A stretch of DNA of 63,760 nt, counting the filler, from Asterionella formosa (Eukaryota): NCBI GenBank assembly GCA_002256025.1. It is 14 parts of 14 records of this genome, joined end to end, with 100 filler letters (N's around TTAATTAATTAA, not from the genome) between each part and the next. Parts side by side here need not be neighbours in the genome. Positions count along the whole stretch, not along the records: positions 34,125 to 51,073 come from NKIB01004651.1; 13 more parts are not named here. One strand, given 5' to 3'. Positions 35,335 to 47,699 of the stretch are shown in pieces. The notes beneath the pieces were generated by a model that saw only the letters and a list, made by a program, of their open reading frames with translations, did no database searches and was not told the origin of the DNA. The position numbers and the translations under genes were made by a program. Position 1 is the first letter of the stretch, and every line of letters starts with the position of its first letter.

Positions 35335-35704
35335 GTTCTTGTTGTTGTTGTTGTGTACCTGGTAATATGTACTTGGAGTATATATTTACGACTCTATATT
35401 ATATATGTACATACTGGTGTGTAGTTGGATGACAACAAGACAGCAGCATCGCTCAAATTGCGGGAAAAATTAACTAATTCCCAAATAGGAATCATAATAT
35501 TTCATTAGTCTGATAGTAATATTTTACTTTTTTTATAATGGTTTTGTCATCCTACGTCACAGTAGATGGGTGGTTGACAGCATTTAGGATTTCCCAAAAA
35601 CCGATAGCATCGTTTTTTCGTCAGTTGACCAAAACCAATCCAAAAAAAGTTTTTGGGTTTTGGTTTGGGTCAACGGTTAGCAACGGCCTATCCCTATTCC
35701 TACC

Positions 35705-35970
35705 ATGGGCATGATTCAAATTCAAATCAATCGTACACGTAGTACGTTTACATACAAATATCTGTGCAACATACCGGTATATAGGTGTCACTATGATGGA
35801 CATGATTTGAATTCAAATCAATCGTATGCATACTGGTACGTGAGTTTACATGCAAAAAGATTTGTGCTACATATACACCGGTAGGTATCCCGATGATGGG
35901 CATGATTAAAATTCAAATCAATCGTGTACTTACGTTTACATGCAAAAAAATCGGTGCAACATATTGGTAC
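35705..35970. repeat. Three diverged tandem copies of a roughly 90-bp unit
   Basis: ATGG(G/A)CATGATT...ATTCAAATCAATCGT...GTTTACAT...TGTGC(A/T)ACATA occurs at about 35705, 35797 and 35896. Confidence 0.75.
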
Positions 35971-36079
35971 TACCAGGGTACCAGGGTACCAGGTAGTACA
36001 ATAGATGATACAATAGACAGTAGCACCTTGTACCAGTACTCACACACAAGTAGACTCGAACATGCATATGCATAAGAAT

Positions 36080-37678
36080 ATGTATTGTTTTCGTTTCGTT
36101 TTCTCTTCCGTTTGAATTGCGCCTTGTAGACTGCATCGTCATTCCGTCGCTTTTCCTTTTGCCTCCAGAAGGATTCTTGCAGTTGTGACATTACCATTCC
36201 ACATCGTTTGTAGACATCGCTCATGTATTTTGTGACTCCTTGTGTTTGTTGTCCAGCAACCGAAGCCACTCTATATTGTAGGCTACCAGATCCTGCAAAC
36301 ACTTTGTTATTTGGACATCGTCTTGAAACTGCATTGTTCATTGCTTCGTTAATCTGTGTATCGAAGGGATGATACAATGATAGAAGCTTTTCGCCTTCGA
36401 CTTTTGCTGCAACATTGAACATTAACCAATCATAAAATGGTCTTTCTGTTTTCATATCGTGATATTTTCCATTGCTGACATTTTTTCCTGCTTTCACAGG
36501 ACACCATGTCTCAGAACAAAAGTCACGACGGCCAAACAAGTGGTTGATTGGTGCCTTTGATGATTCCGTAAAATCAATCAATGATAGGTTCGAGCTTCCA
36601 GTTACGTGATTCTTGGAACAAACATGATGCTTGATAGGTTTCTTGTACCGTATAGCCCTGTCACACACATTACAGACCTTTGATTTTACTCGATAGTTTA
36701 GTATCTTTCTTGTGTAGCCACCGATGCAGAATGCATGCCCACTTACAGAGTTGTACTTATTTCCACTTGATAGCTGCTGCCAGCCCATATCGTAACTAAC
36801 TGTCAGGCGTGGCATACTATTCTGCACAACTGTATGTTCAGTACCAGATAGTGACTTCCACCACTGCAAATCATGTCCTTTGTCTGCCCAATCAACTCGT
36901 TCATGCACATTGAGTGTCTGGTATACTTCTGCATCACATGCCTCTTGCATCGCAAGAGCTGTTGTTTCCAGTTGAGCTTTCCCAACAAGCTCCTCAACAG
37001 CACAGAAGTTTCCTTGCGCTGACCAGTACCCAAACAGATGATGTCTGCATCGCCAGGTCCCAATCCCGCCTCGTGACAACCCAAAATAAACTGTTGGTTG
37101 ATTGAAAAGTGTTTTGCTTCAATTTCCTTATTTGTTATCTCAACATTGCCTTTGGTGCTGTTGCTTCTTGGAGATTCAAGTTTAGCTATCACTAGCTATC
37201 TGACAGGTCAGACAGGTGATTTGTATGTCGCTTGCCAAGCCCAAGTTCTCAGAGGACACAACAATCAACGGTTGCGGGATGCATGGGATTTCCGTGGATA
37301 GAAACGCTTTTTCCAAATAGGATTCAGACTTCTGATTTATGCTAATGTGATAGGCACTATCACTTTGAAGGTAATTTACAAAGTCTTGTACTGCTTGTTT
37401 ACAACATTCTTTGACATATGCATTTACACAACTCTTGCAAATCACATTGTCATTCAACAATCTGGTGAATGAATCACAGTCAATTAAGTTGCTCCTATTC
37501 TGCTATTCAGATGGTAGTTGTTTCTGTTGTTGTATAGTCGCTTTAATTGTGGGGAGAGGAGGCGAGGATGTTGATGACAATGACCACCAATTCTGATTTT
37601 CATCGCTGATGACATTTCGACCTAATGTCCACCAGTTCCCATTTCGGAAATAAGACGGCCACCACTAGCACGTGGCAT
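36080..37678 (-). pseudogene. Kolobok/Mutator-like DDE transposase, internally deleted and frameshifted
   Basis: Motifs GLASDIQITCLTC, FSINQQFILG, SYDMGWQ...NSVSGH, KSKVCNVC...CSKNH.TGSS, HLFG...CSETWC and TQINEAMN. The middle catalytic-Asp region is missing. Confidence 0.85.
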
Positions 37679-38375
37679 GTTGATGTTGTTGTCTATATTG
37701 TTTGTTGTTACTATTGATGGGTTAAACTATTAAACTATAGAACAATGTTAAAAAAATTATATAGAGAAAGTCGAAGAATACATGCCACCTCACTTGCTTC
37801 TAAAGGATTTTGAACCGACATACGTAGGCGCATTGAAGTGATAAATATATTGAAATGAATGAATATTCCCGGACATGTGCACTCATTGGCGGGGTCGACT
37901 ATCATGTTCTTTGATCCCTCTCCTGTGCCCGCATCTGACCCTGACGGAATCTAGCACTCCGGTAAAACCCCCCAAGTTTTTTTGGAATGGGGGTTTTTCG
38001 ATTGGGGGAATGCGTTTGACCCTAAAATAGTTCCTGCCAAATCAAATTCTAGCATAATACCGGTAGTATTCAAAACGATCATGCCACGAATGAAAGATAA
38101 CCGTTTTCCGAGCTAGCCAGATTATCTGTCCAAATCGTCATTTCGGCAATTTTACTAACATTTTAATCTCGGATAAAGAAAGCTAAATCTTTAGTTTCAG
38201 TAAAATTACCACAACTTGCTGGTACCGTACCTGGGGGTATCATCTTATACCACCCCATGTCGTAACTCTGCTTTTTAAGTTGGAAATTGCAGGTAGCTAA
38301 AGCTATAGCTACCTGGTTAGTATACCATCAGCCATCAGTTATTATTCCTATATACAGTCATCATCTACGGTACCC

Positions 38376-40486
38376 CCACTTAAAAACTGTAAGCCACCGC
38401 TACGGCGACTTTTGAACTGTAGCCACCGCTAAACGAACTTAGTTTTCAAGATACGCTATTTACTGTCACGAACGAGTTGTTCAGATTTATCTAGCGAGTA
38501 AATACTTCCGTACTTGTATTGTTGCATTGTGTACATTGTTAATTAGGTATCATCGCCCAAAGGTTGCTGTCGACGTGAAATTGCGAAAATGGGATATTTT
38601 TACGTTTACTCGATTGAGCAAGCATCACCTTTTATATACGTATACACGTATGATAATATTCCTCCGCTAGAAAACTAATTTAGTATCCTCTAATATTTAT
38701 TTAATATGGCTACAACGTCATTGCGCTTTCGCTCGTGCGCCATAATTAAGAGATAAATTCACTAATGGAAAACGTCAAATAGGAATTCCTGGCGCCTAAT
38801 CACCCATCACCCATCACAATACCAACATCATGACCTCGAAAGCCCCTCGACTAGGCAATGCCTTGCCTCAAAAGAAATTGTCTCCTGAAGAGTTGGTCAG
38901 TGTTCAGATTTATCTTAACAATGTGATTAGGGAGCTAGAAGCTTAGAAGGCTAATATATCCCTTGGATATCTGTTAACCAAGTGAAGAATGAACTAAAAC
39001 GAAGTGGTAAACTAGAAGTTAAGTCTAGTACTACTTTGCATACTACTTCTGGTTTGTCCCTCTATCAACCATCAACTGAACCATTGTGTCTACATTGACA
39101 CCTGACCATTGTGGCCCTACTAAACCCCAATTCTTGAATGCTGATGGCATCTTTGCCTTGCTATTTCCCAGCAATCTCATTCATAATTCATATGAAATTT
39201 TCGAGGAGGAAGAAGATGACAACAATGAAGGAGGTGTGAGTGAGCATTATGATAGTCAGTTTACAATGGGCACTTTGGCATATGAAACTGGAAACAATGT
39301 TGTGCTTACCTGGGGAAGTTTGGAGGCAAATACAACAAACAAGGAGGACATGAGTAGTACAACGAGGATGGTATCCCCTAAACTATAATGTCTTGCTTCA
39401 CCCTGAGATTCAACTAACCCAACCACAACAGAACATCAATGCGCCCACAGAGACTGCCACTCTCCCTCCTGATGAGTTAAACCACCAAACTGGCTTTGCT
39501 GGAACAATTGTTGGAAGAATTAACGAGTTTTGTTAACGCAAGGATGTGCGAAATGGAATCGACCGGGAGGCCCAAGCTAGAAAGAGAAAGGAGACAGCGG
39601 ATTCACACATTGAGGGACACAAGAATCGGATAACAGCAGGACTACTGGCCTCTGCACAAACCTTTGCCCTTGGGCCAAATATTCTTACTGCTACACTGGA
39701 ACGGAAGCGAATTTCAAACATTGTCATTAGTGCAAAAGACACAAAAAAGGCAACAAGAATTCAACACACTTCGCGGAAAAGTACTTACATTGAAGGAACA
39801 GAACAAAACAAAAGAACAGATGTCTGTGCAAGAATTGAAATTAATGGTGCGTTGGTACAAACGATCAGGTGATTTGCCGGTTCCACAAACAAGGCAAGCT
39901 CTGATTACAAGATTCGACGACACCAATCACCGTGGTGACCAGCAGCCGCCATTCCCTCTCCATACACCTCCTATTGCTGTGGTTGTTGTTACTGCACCTC
40001 CTCCTGTTGCTATTCCCTCTCCTTCTACAACTGCTACTGCCGATCCACCATTCCATATTGAAGTTTGAGACTCCGCCAGCCAGTAATTGGATGCAAAGAA
40101 GCTCGCTCGAGATTTATGTAATTCATCAGAAGAATTCTCCGACAATGATGCTGCCCTGCAAAAGTGTAAAACGTAAAGTAATAAGAAAATAATTTTTGTA
40201 GTATTAACGGAGTAAAAATAAACACGGTTTGGGGGGAAAATATATACATGTACAGATAGAAAAATATGCACTGTAGGCCACCGCCATGAAATAATATTAG
40301 TGACTTTGGAAAAATTATTTCTTCATGGCTATATACACAGAATCAAAACTGATTCCTTAATAGTATAGCAGAGAGCATTGTCTAACATAAGCTTTGTACT
40401 TGCGTCAAGTTTTGATCGTTGAATTACATAAATATTTTTAGTCGAAAGATAGAGTAAAACAACGGTGGCTTACAGTTTTTAAGTGG
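38376..40486. mobile_element. Tc1/mariner-pogo-type DNA transposon (degenerate)
   Basis: Perfect 24-bp TIR CCACTTAAAAACTGTAAGCCACCG (38376-38399 and 40463-40486). TA follows the right end, and TA-CCC precedes the left end. Internal frameshifted remnant ITAGLLAS...ELKLMVRWYKRSGDLPVP. Confidence 0.8.
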
Positions 40487-40757
40487 TACGACTGATTTGA
40501 TTGACCGGGTATCTGCCTTTATTGTATTTTAAGCTATGTATACGGGTACTCGGACTATAGTATAGCTATTAGTGCACCAGCCGCATGTATATTCTTCGGG
40601 ATCGCAGCAAATGATGGCAATTATTAGAAATTTTGGTGATAAAACCAACCGACTAAAGCAGACTTCCGTTATGCCGTTGTAACAGCCATCCCTCTCCCAT
40701 CTTTGATAACACTGATGGATGATTGAACTTACCTAACTAGCAACGCAGTATACGAAC

Positions 40758-42386
40758 ATGTTAGCAACATCCACTTCACCGCAACAACGAGTTCGCCCAC
40801 GACCCGTGAGCTTCGGAAATCCAGCGCTCGGCACCTACAACGGGGTTGTCTTTTTGGGAAAGGAAGGAAATGAAAAACGCCTTGTCGCGATGGTGGATGT
40901 ACCTCCCGAACAAGTCCCGGAGGGAATATTAAATTTATGCAGAGCGCATCGGTCCTTTATTTACCACGTTCGGATTCTGATCTGCGAAACAGAGCGTGGG
41001 CCTTCAACGCCTCCGCCACACCAACTCCCGGTAATACCTTCTCCATCCTTTTTATCCACTCCGCAACCCCCCAAAAATCACTTCAATAGGCGATCTAAGT
41101 CAATCGACGCTACACAATTTGCACCTTCTCCTACAGTGTCGGCTATGGAATCGGCGGCGAGTATTTTGGCGAATGAGGACCCATTGACATCGCAGGACGT
41201 GATGACAGAACAAAGAGTCCGTCAGGAATATCTACAGGAAAACTCGAGAAAATACCTTATCTTGTTCGAGCTATGTTCAGAAAAAGCTGCCAACGAATTT
41301 GTCAGTGATCTAAACCATCAACCATACACCTCGCTGGAACCTGATCAACTTTGTTCTGTGCATCACGTTGTTGGCTGGGAAGGCAAGGATGGAGTATCCT
41401 TGATGAGTCCTTGTTTCGCATCTGATTTTGTAACGAAAACTAAATCTTCTCCAGGATCCACTGTGGAGGACTTTTACAATTGTCCGGTGTGTTTGGAAAC
41501 TATGGATTTGAAGAACACATGCCCTTCGACAGCAACTACCACTGTGCCGATATTGACCACAGTTTGCAACCATTCCTTTCATTTGGCATGTTTGATACAA
41601 TGGCAAGACAGCCCCTGTCCCGTCTGTCGGTATGATCACTCTGGATTAAATGAAGCACTCTCACAGTGTCATGTCTGCGGAACGACACAGCGCAATTATG
41701 TATGTTTGATTTGTGGACTGGTATGCTGTGGTGCCCCGCAGGGGCCACATGGACATGCCCAACAACATTACGATGAAACATTGCATGCATACGCTCTGGA
41801 CACGGAAACGCAACATGTATGGGACTTTTGTGGCCAGGGATATGTGCATCGATTGTTGCAAAACGACACGGACGGCAAGTTGGTGGAAGTTAATGATCCC
41901 AATGCAACATCCCATGCACGATCCTTGGAACCAGGATTATCAAATGCTCAAGAAGAAAACGTGGTGCACCGTAAATTGGAAGGATTTGCATCTCAATACT
42001 ACACTCTGCTCAAGTCACAATTAGAACAGCAGCGCATTTATTACGAAGGGCGGTTGGAAGAAATTCGGCGAGACTACAATCACAAGAGGGACTCCGCCGA
42101 CTTGATTTCAGCTCTTAAACAGGAACAAAGTCAATTATCACAACGATTTGATAAACTTCAACGACGATGTGGCACAGTGGAGGAGGATATTACGTTTTTG
42201 AAAAACATGAATGAATCCCTAACAGCTGATAAGGTGCCCATGAAACTGCAGATACAAGAAGCGCAGAGGACACGAGAGGAGCAACGACGCATGCTCCAAA
42301 CGACACTGCCACCATTAGAGCAAAGGGTAGCGATGCTCATGCTTCAATTAGAAGAGAGCTTGGAGGATGGTTATCAGAAAACATAG
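40758..42386 (+). CDS. BRAP: BRCA1-associated protein BRAP2/IMP-like E3 ligase (RING, ZnF-UBP, coiled coil)
   Basis: RING CPVCLE...CNHSFHLACL..W...CPVCRY; ZnF-UBP CLICG...HAQQHY.ETLHAYAL...VWDF..GYVHRL; LLKSQLEQQRIYYE coiled coil. Confidence 0.93.
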   Translation: MLATSTSPQQRVRPRPVSFGNPALGTYNGVVFLGKEGNEKRLVAMVDVPPEQVPEGILNLCRAHRSFIYHVRILICETERGPSTPPPHQLPVIPSPSFLSTPQPPKNHFNRRSKSIDATQFAPSPTVSAMESAASILANEDPLTSQDVMTEQRVRQEYLQENSRKYLILFELCSEKAANEFVSDLNHQPYTSLEPDQLCSVHHVVGWEGKDGVSLMSPCFASDFVTKTKSSPGSTVEDFYNCPVCLETMDLKNTCPSTATTTVPILTTVCNHSFHLACLIQWQDSPCPVCRYDHSGLNEALSQCHVCGTTQRNYVCLICGLVCCGAPQGPHGHAQQHYDETLHAYALDTETQHVWDFCGQGYVHRLLQNDTDGKLVEVNDPNATSHARSLEPGLSNAQEENVVHRKLEGFASQYYTLLKSQLEQQRIYYEGRLEEIRRDYNHKRDSADLISALKQEQSQLSQRFDKLQRRCGTVEEDITFLKNMNESLTADKVPMKLQIQEAQRTREEQRRMLQTTLPPLEQRVAMLMLQLEESLEDGYQKT

Positions 42387-42733
42387 CTGGAATTGATAGA
42401 TAAGAACGACAGAGTTATTCTAAGTATGTCGCTCCACAGCCTGAAGACATTTCATTAGCCCTTCTTGTAAGAAGGCTAAAAATAGCCAACATTGTAACAC
42501 GCTAATTTTAGCGTCCTTGGGGATGGAAAATAAATCTTTGACTTCAGCATGCCTGGGAATCGTCAAGAAATCTTGGCCTCGCAAGGCGCCCAAAACAGAG
42601 ATTCACGGACTTGAAACACACAAAATTCGCTTTCTACTTTAATTGTGAACCAAGAAAGGATCGAGCATGATGCCCAAGAAATACATGCATTGTTTTAGAT
42701 GCTTCAAAATAGGAGTATTGTTGATCGCTTAGG

Positions 42734-43753
42734 TCAATCTTCACGAAATTCCTGCCTAAGTTCGACCGCAAGTCCACCAAACGATAATTTCCAGTAATCC
42801 TTCCCTTCTACCCACAAATATCGAGAAACAATGGTGTTCAGCGACGAGGAATTGGGCTCTCGAAATAAAATGGTCGTCTTCCTGGCTCGTTGTTTCGTCA
42901 ACAAGTCATGAAGCATGGCTGGTGGGTCGCCATGGGGTCCCATAATCTCATTCAACACATAGCAAAATACAATGACCAATGGCCTCTTGTCCAAGGATGT
43001 TGCAATGGAACAAACATCTCGGTTCACCTCGGACCGAAGCGGTTGAGAAATATCACATGTGTGAAAGTCAATACAATATCCACTTAATTCAGCCACACCT
43101 TGAACTATAGGTTGCCACCCGGAACAAAAATCGAATACATGAAGTTTATTCTGTGTTCGTCCATCCACCATTCCGCTACAACAGTACTTTTGAAAAAGTA
43201 AAAATCCAAATAGATCGTTGCCTGGCCCACCTCCAATGGAACAAATAAATGAATCCTCATTATGATTCAACAAGACCTTTCTCTCCTTTGCTGAACGGAA
43301 AAGTTCAAACGCAGTAATGGCTCTCGAGAAGAATTTCCGCCTTGTATACCCCCACAATGCTACAGGATCATGAAAATCTTGAATGGACTGGAAGCCTTTT
43401 CGCATCTGCTTTTGAAGCAACGTAGTCTTTTGTACGGCTTCTTCTGACATTGGAGGCGATAGTTCGACTAGGCCTTGGATCACAAACACAAGGTCCGCTT
43501 TGATTCGTTCTGCGAACGTTGGTGAAAGTCGACAAATGACATGGGAATTTTCATCCTTGAATTCGGTAATGCCGTTGATCTCCTTGTCGACTTCTTCTTG
43601 TTTGACTCGGGCAGATTCACAACCTTCAATGAAACATATCTCTCTGTACGCTCGATTGACAATTCCACATTGTAAACATGTCCATCGTTGCGGCGGACGT
43701 TGTGATCTCATGTATCGCACAGTCCTTTCGATGCTCGTAAAATGCATTCGCAT
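42734..43753 (-). CDS. RanBP2-type zinc finger fused to a class I SAM-methyltransferase-like domain
   Basis: WTCLQCGIVN...ICFIEGC; motif I ICSIGGGPGNDL, acidic motif VFD, CDI and CYVLNE. First in-frame ATG at 43753. Confidence 0.75.
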   Translation of the reverse strand: MRMHFTSIERTVRYMRSQRPPQRWTCLQCGIVNRAYREICFIEGCESARVKQEEVDKEINGITEFKDENSHVICRLSPTFAERIKADLVFVIQGLVELSPPMSEEAVQKTTLLQKQMRKGFQSIQDFHDPVALWGYTRRKFFSRAITAFELFRSAKERKVLLNHNEDSFICSIGGGPGNDLFGFLLFQKYCCSGMVDGRTQNKLHVFDFCSGWQPIVQGVAELSGYCIDFHTCDISQPLRSEVNRDVCSIATSLDKRPLVIVFCYVLNEIMGPHGDPPAMLHDLLTKQRARKTTILFREPNSSSLNTIVSRYLWVEGKDYWKLSFGGLAVELRQEFRED

Positions 43754-44513
43754 TTGCACTGGTAAACTGACCTCCGAGTAGCCCGGAGCATATAACTGGT
43801 AGTTCCTGACACTGGTACCTGGTAGTAGGACTGGCAAACTATTTTGATCCGGTATGGTACCAGCTACCTGGTACCTGGTACCAGGTACTACTGGTAATTA
43901 CTTAGTTTTTGATGGTCTCCTACATATGTAAAAATAATAATGTATGTACCGGGAGACTACATAGTATATGAATGATGCAGCCATTGCTCCAAACTACAAA
44001 TAGCGATATAAGGTTAGGGTGAATGCATTATTCATTTCTACGCTGTGTATTATTATTCAGCATTTTCATGTTCTTTTTTACACCACTTCCGCATCATGTG
44101 ACCTAAAATGGTGCAGAAATGGCGCGACAACGAGTTCCTTTTTATATCATAGACAGAGAAACATCATGGTGTTGAAAACAATGGAAAGTAATTTATAATG
44201 CTGATATCATGGTCTAGTAATATAAAATCATAATAAATTTCAGCCGACACTTGCACCATACAGACATTTGGTGTACCTTTTTGAAAGTGGAAGCAGGTGG
44301 CTCGAATATCCGTTGATCCACCAAGAGAAGATTATTATGTGTATATTCTCATAGAACCCAAAGTAAAATTTCTCCGAATGCGACAAACCCATACAAAGTA
44401 AAACCGGTATGGCGAACATTTGTACTTCTTGGCGCCTCAATATGATCCCACCTGATAGCGGGGAAAAGCTGATTCTATGGCTGGCAGTGGTGCACTCTGA
44501 CTGTAGCTAACCC

Positions 44514-45236
44514 TTAATCGTTGCGCGTAGCGAGGTCATATTCCGTAATCCCGTCTTTTGTAATGAGATAGATGATCGCCCCATATCCACTCAAACAGTC
44601 TCGTTCCAATGCACTCAAAAATGCCTTGCCACAAATTTCAGCCAGCTCTTGGCTCGATAGATTAGGTCTCCATAGGGCCTCTGCAGTTCCGTACATGGAC
44701 TTGCTGGCAACGCCAGCACATACAAAGGCGTCAGATTTGCTCTTTGCGCCAAGACAGTCTTGGGCACAAAGGAAAGGTTGCAACTCTCCATTTGTCCTCC
44801 GCTCTAACCCCACGACCAATGGCTCCACAAAGTACGGAGACCCCCTTCTCTGGTACAACACATGACTTGTCAAACTAGCCATTGCCTTTGGTGAAATATA
44901 TCGTTCAGGTGCCACTTGACTCCACGTTGTAGGACGATGCTTGGCGTGCACTTGAATGCGCAATTCTTGCGACAACGACTGAACGTCTCCTTCCAAACCA
45001 GTAAAGGCCACCATGAGGTGCGCATGTGGTGCCAGTATGTGCCGAGGTGCAATGCTAACCATTTGAGACCCACTACCAAAGCGTTTGTCCACCGCAAGTG
45101 CCACGCAGCCATTCCCAGCCATGGCCAAGATGGATCCACCGTTCATACTCATTGGGTCTTGCTGTGCGTGTGATGATATTATCTCTGCCGCTAGGCATAC
45201 TACTACTATCAGAAGGGGAGCAGTCGAAATGTACAT
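44514..45236 (-). CDS. PSMB3: 20S proteasome beta3 subunit with an N-terminal signal-peptide-like extension
   Basis: Motifs NGGSILAMAG..CVALAVDKRFG, PYFVEPLVVGL and ERDCLSGYG. A hydrophobic leader MYISTAPLLIVVVCLAAEIISSHA precedes the core. Confidence 0.9.
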   Translation of the reverse strand: MYISTAPLLIVVVCLAAEIISSHAQQDPMSMNGGSILAMAGNGCVALAVDKRFGSGSQMVSIAPRHILAPHAHLMVAFTGLEGDVQSLSQELRIQVHAKHRPTTWSQVAPERYISPKAMASLTSHVLYQRRGSPYFVEPLVVGLERRTNGELQPFLCAQDCLGAKSKSDAFVCAGVASKSMYGTAEALWRPNLSSQELAEICGKAFLSALERDCLSGYGAIIYLITKDGITEYDLATRND

Positions 45237-46530
45237 GATGAAGATAATAAATACTAAACCAATAGCGAGCGGGTGGTTTGATCTTTGGGAATGGTAGCGC
45301 AAGTGGCTCGGCTGACTGTGATTGCTTGGGACTTTAGTCGTTGAAACACAATCACCGCGCCCGAAAAAAAACCAGCCAAGGTATGGACATTTTAGTTGTA
45401 GATAGCTATGCTACAGGTATATATTACCTCGTACCACTACCGGTATGTAGGGGTGCTTCGAATTTACGAGGTCGTAGGGGTTGGGAGGCATCTAGGAACT
45501 GCGAGTATTTATACAAAAGCAACCTTGCAGAAGAATTAACTTATCAAAAAACCAGCAACAGTAAACCATAAATGAGTAGTAAAGATTGACTCCTGTACAT
45601 CACTAGACTAAAAGATTGGTTCATGTTTGTGACAAGTCAAATCTCAAGTATTAAATGATGTTTGTGACTAATCTCAAAGAATCATGCATTTAAAGCTGAT
45701 TTTGGAGATACAATATTTCATTCAACTTCTCTGTTTCAACTACCTAGGTTTAGTAAACATACCAGGATCTACAATACTGGCAAAAATTAAAAAACTAGTA
45801 ATATTTTTTAATCTCAGTTCAGATGAGTGAATAATGAACATACAGATATCATTATTGTTATTTGTGCTGGCGGCTGATCCCTTAAGACCAACAGAAAAAT
45901 TGTCGAATAATAGTTGCAAAAGTTAATGATACATACATTAATAATTATTGTCATACTCCCTCTGTTCATCTATAGTTGCACCCAAGGCAATTGAATCTGA
46001 ATAGTACTATTCTTGCAACATGATAATGTGACAACTCATTTTGGTCTGAACTTTCGAGCATCCATTGAAGGTGGAAATATTATAGGATGAAATATCACAC
46101 ATAAGCAGCCAAATTCTCCTAATCTGAGTATGGATTCTTGGTGCAATTCAATTGAGGACTAGGGATGATGTAGATTTACTAATTGAAGCTGCCACATTGG
46201 TGAATTCGGCATTTTTAAGATTGCAGAGCTGTTTTAAAAAAATTACTGGATTCCACTGAGTCAATGCAGCAACAGGGGTTGTTGACCATTCAAGCAGACG
46301 CAATGGAGCTGGATATAGAATTTTCGTTTTATCCAGGGCAATGGATTACCCTCTTCAAAGCACAACTGATTACTCTCAGTAAAGCACAACTGTAGCAGCT
46401 ACACCAAGTCCCATCTGAAACATCGACATTTTACCACAATTATTGTAATTGTCATAGTGTCCTTTAACAATTTTACTACTTTTAATACAAAGGACATGAA
46501 AGTTCCAAACTATAAAAATTAATTTCCAAA

Positions 46531-47099
46531 TTACTGAAGTTCGTTGATGAGAGCAGTAAGTTTGGCCTGGTCAGCACCTTTCATTTCTTGAATCTTCTTT
46601 CCATTGCGAAAGAACTGAAACGTCGGCATGGCCTGGATTCCGCATTTTCCAGCGACTTCCTCCGCTTCGTCAACGTCGACTTTGACAAAAACGATTTCAG
46701 TGTACTCCTCAGCAAGTTTCTCAAAAATTGGGCCCATGAACTTGCATGGGCCACACCTATAGTAGAATAACGGAATACAGAGGCGAGAGTTGGTTTTTGT
46801 GAGTCCAGTCCCAATTAATAACGAACGGATTGATTTGTCAAACAGAACGACTCCAGCATGCGATCCATGGCGGACCATTGGTATGTGAAGTTCCATCCAC
46901 GTCTTTTATCACCGCCAAAGTCTGCTGTCTCATCGACACACAGTGAGAATCACTCCGGAATCTCTCACCATCTCAGCAGTACGAATTGCGAACATGATAC
47001 TCACCATGTAGCGGTGAAATCAACAACAACTAGCTTGGTCTTGGAAGTTTCCATCAGTTCCTCGAACTGAGCCATGTCTTCAATATGTGCGACGGGCAT
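46531..47099 (-). CDS. Thioredoxin; exons 47099-47005 and 46756-46531
   Basis: VVVDFTAT-W|CGPCK active site reconstituted across the GT-AG intron 47004-46757; MPTFQFF motif. Confidence 0.95.
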
Positions 47100-47699
47100 C
47101 TTGGCGTGCGTTCTTAGGAGTTGCGTTTACTGAAATAATGAAAAAAGTTATGGTATCTGTGGCCGCCATGTCCCACAGATACATGGGATCTTCGTCCATT
47201 CGTATAGCATCATGTAGTTTTACAGTAGCTGCCTCGTAGAAAATTCCTGAAGTTGCTCATGGAGTAATTCTACTAATCAAATGTAGCAGTTGAGATACAC
47301 AAATAGAATATTCCCCTGGTATGTAGGTAACGGAAACGTGTAGTAGGAGTGAATACTTACAGGAAATTGTTGTTCGAATCATGGTCCAGCTTCAGTCAGC
47401 ATTACATATCGGTATTACTCACTGCGTGAATTTGATCAGACATGGGTAGTATGGTAACTTTTAGTACCAGGTACCATCTTACTACGTCAAAAAATTTGGC
47501 AATTACCGGTACTGGTAGTGTATCTACCGGTAATAAGTAACGAAGTGTGACTAAAAACTATTTGTGTTCCAAGTATCCCAGATTTGGAATGACTCGGAGG
47601 ACTCAAGTATAGTAGTTTGCACTGCTTCTGACTGGGTGGGTGGATCGTGAAAAATTGGCCTAGGTGGCTAGAAGGACTTCCTATGGTCCAATTCTGTGA

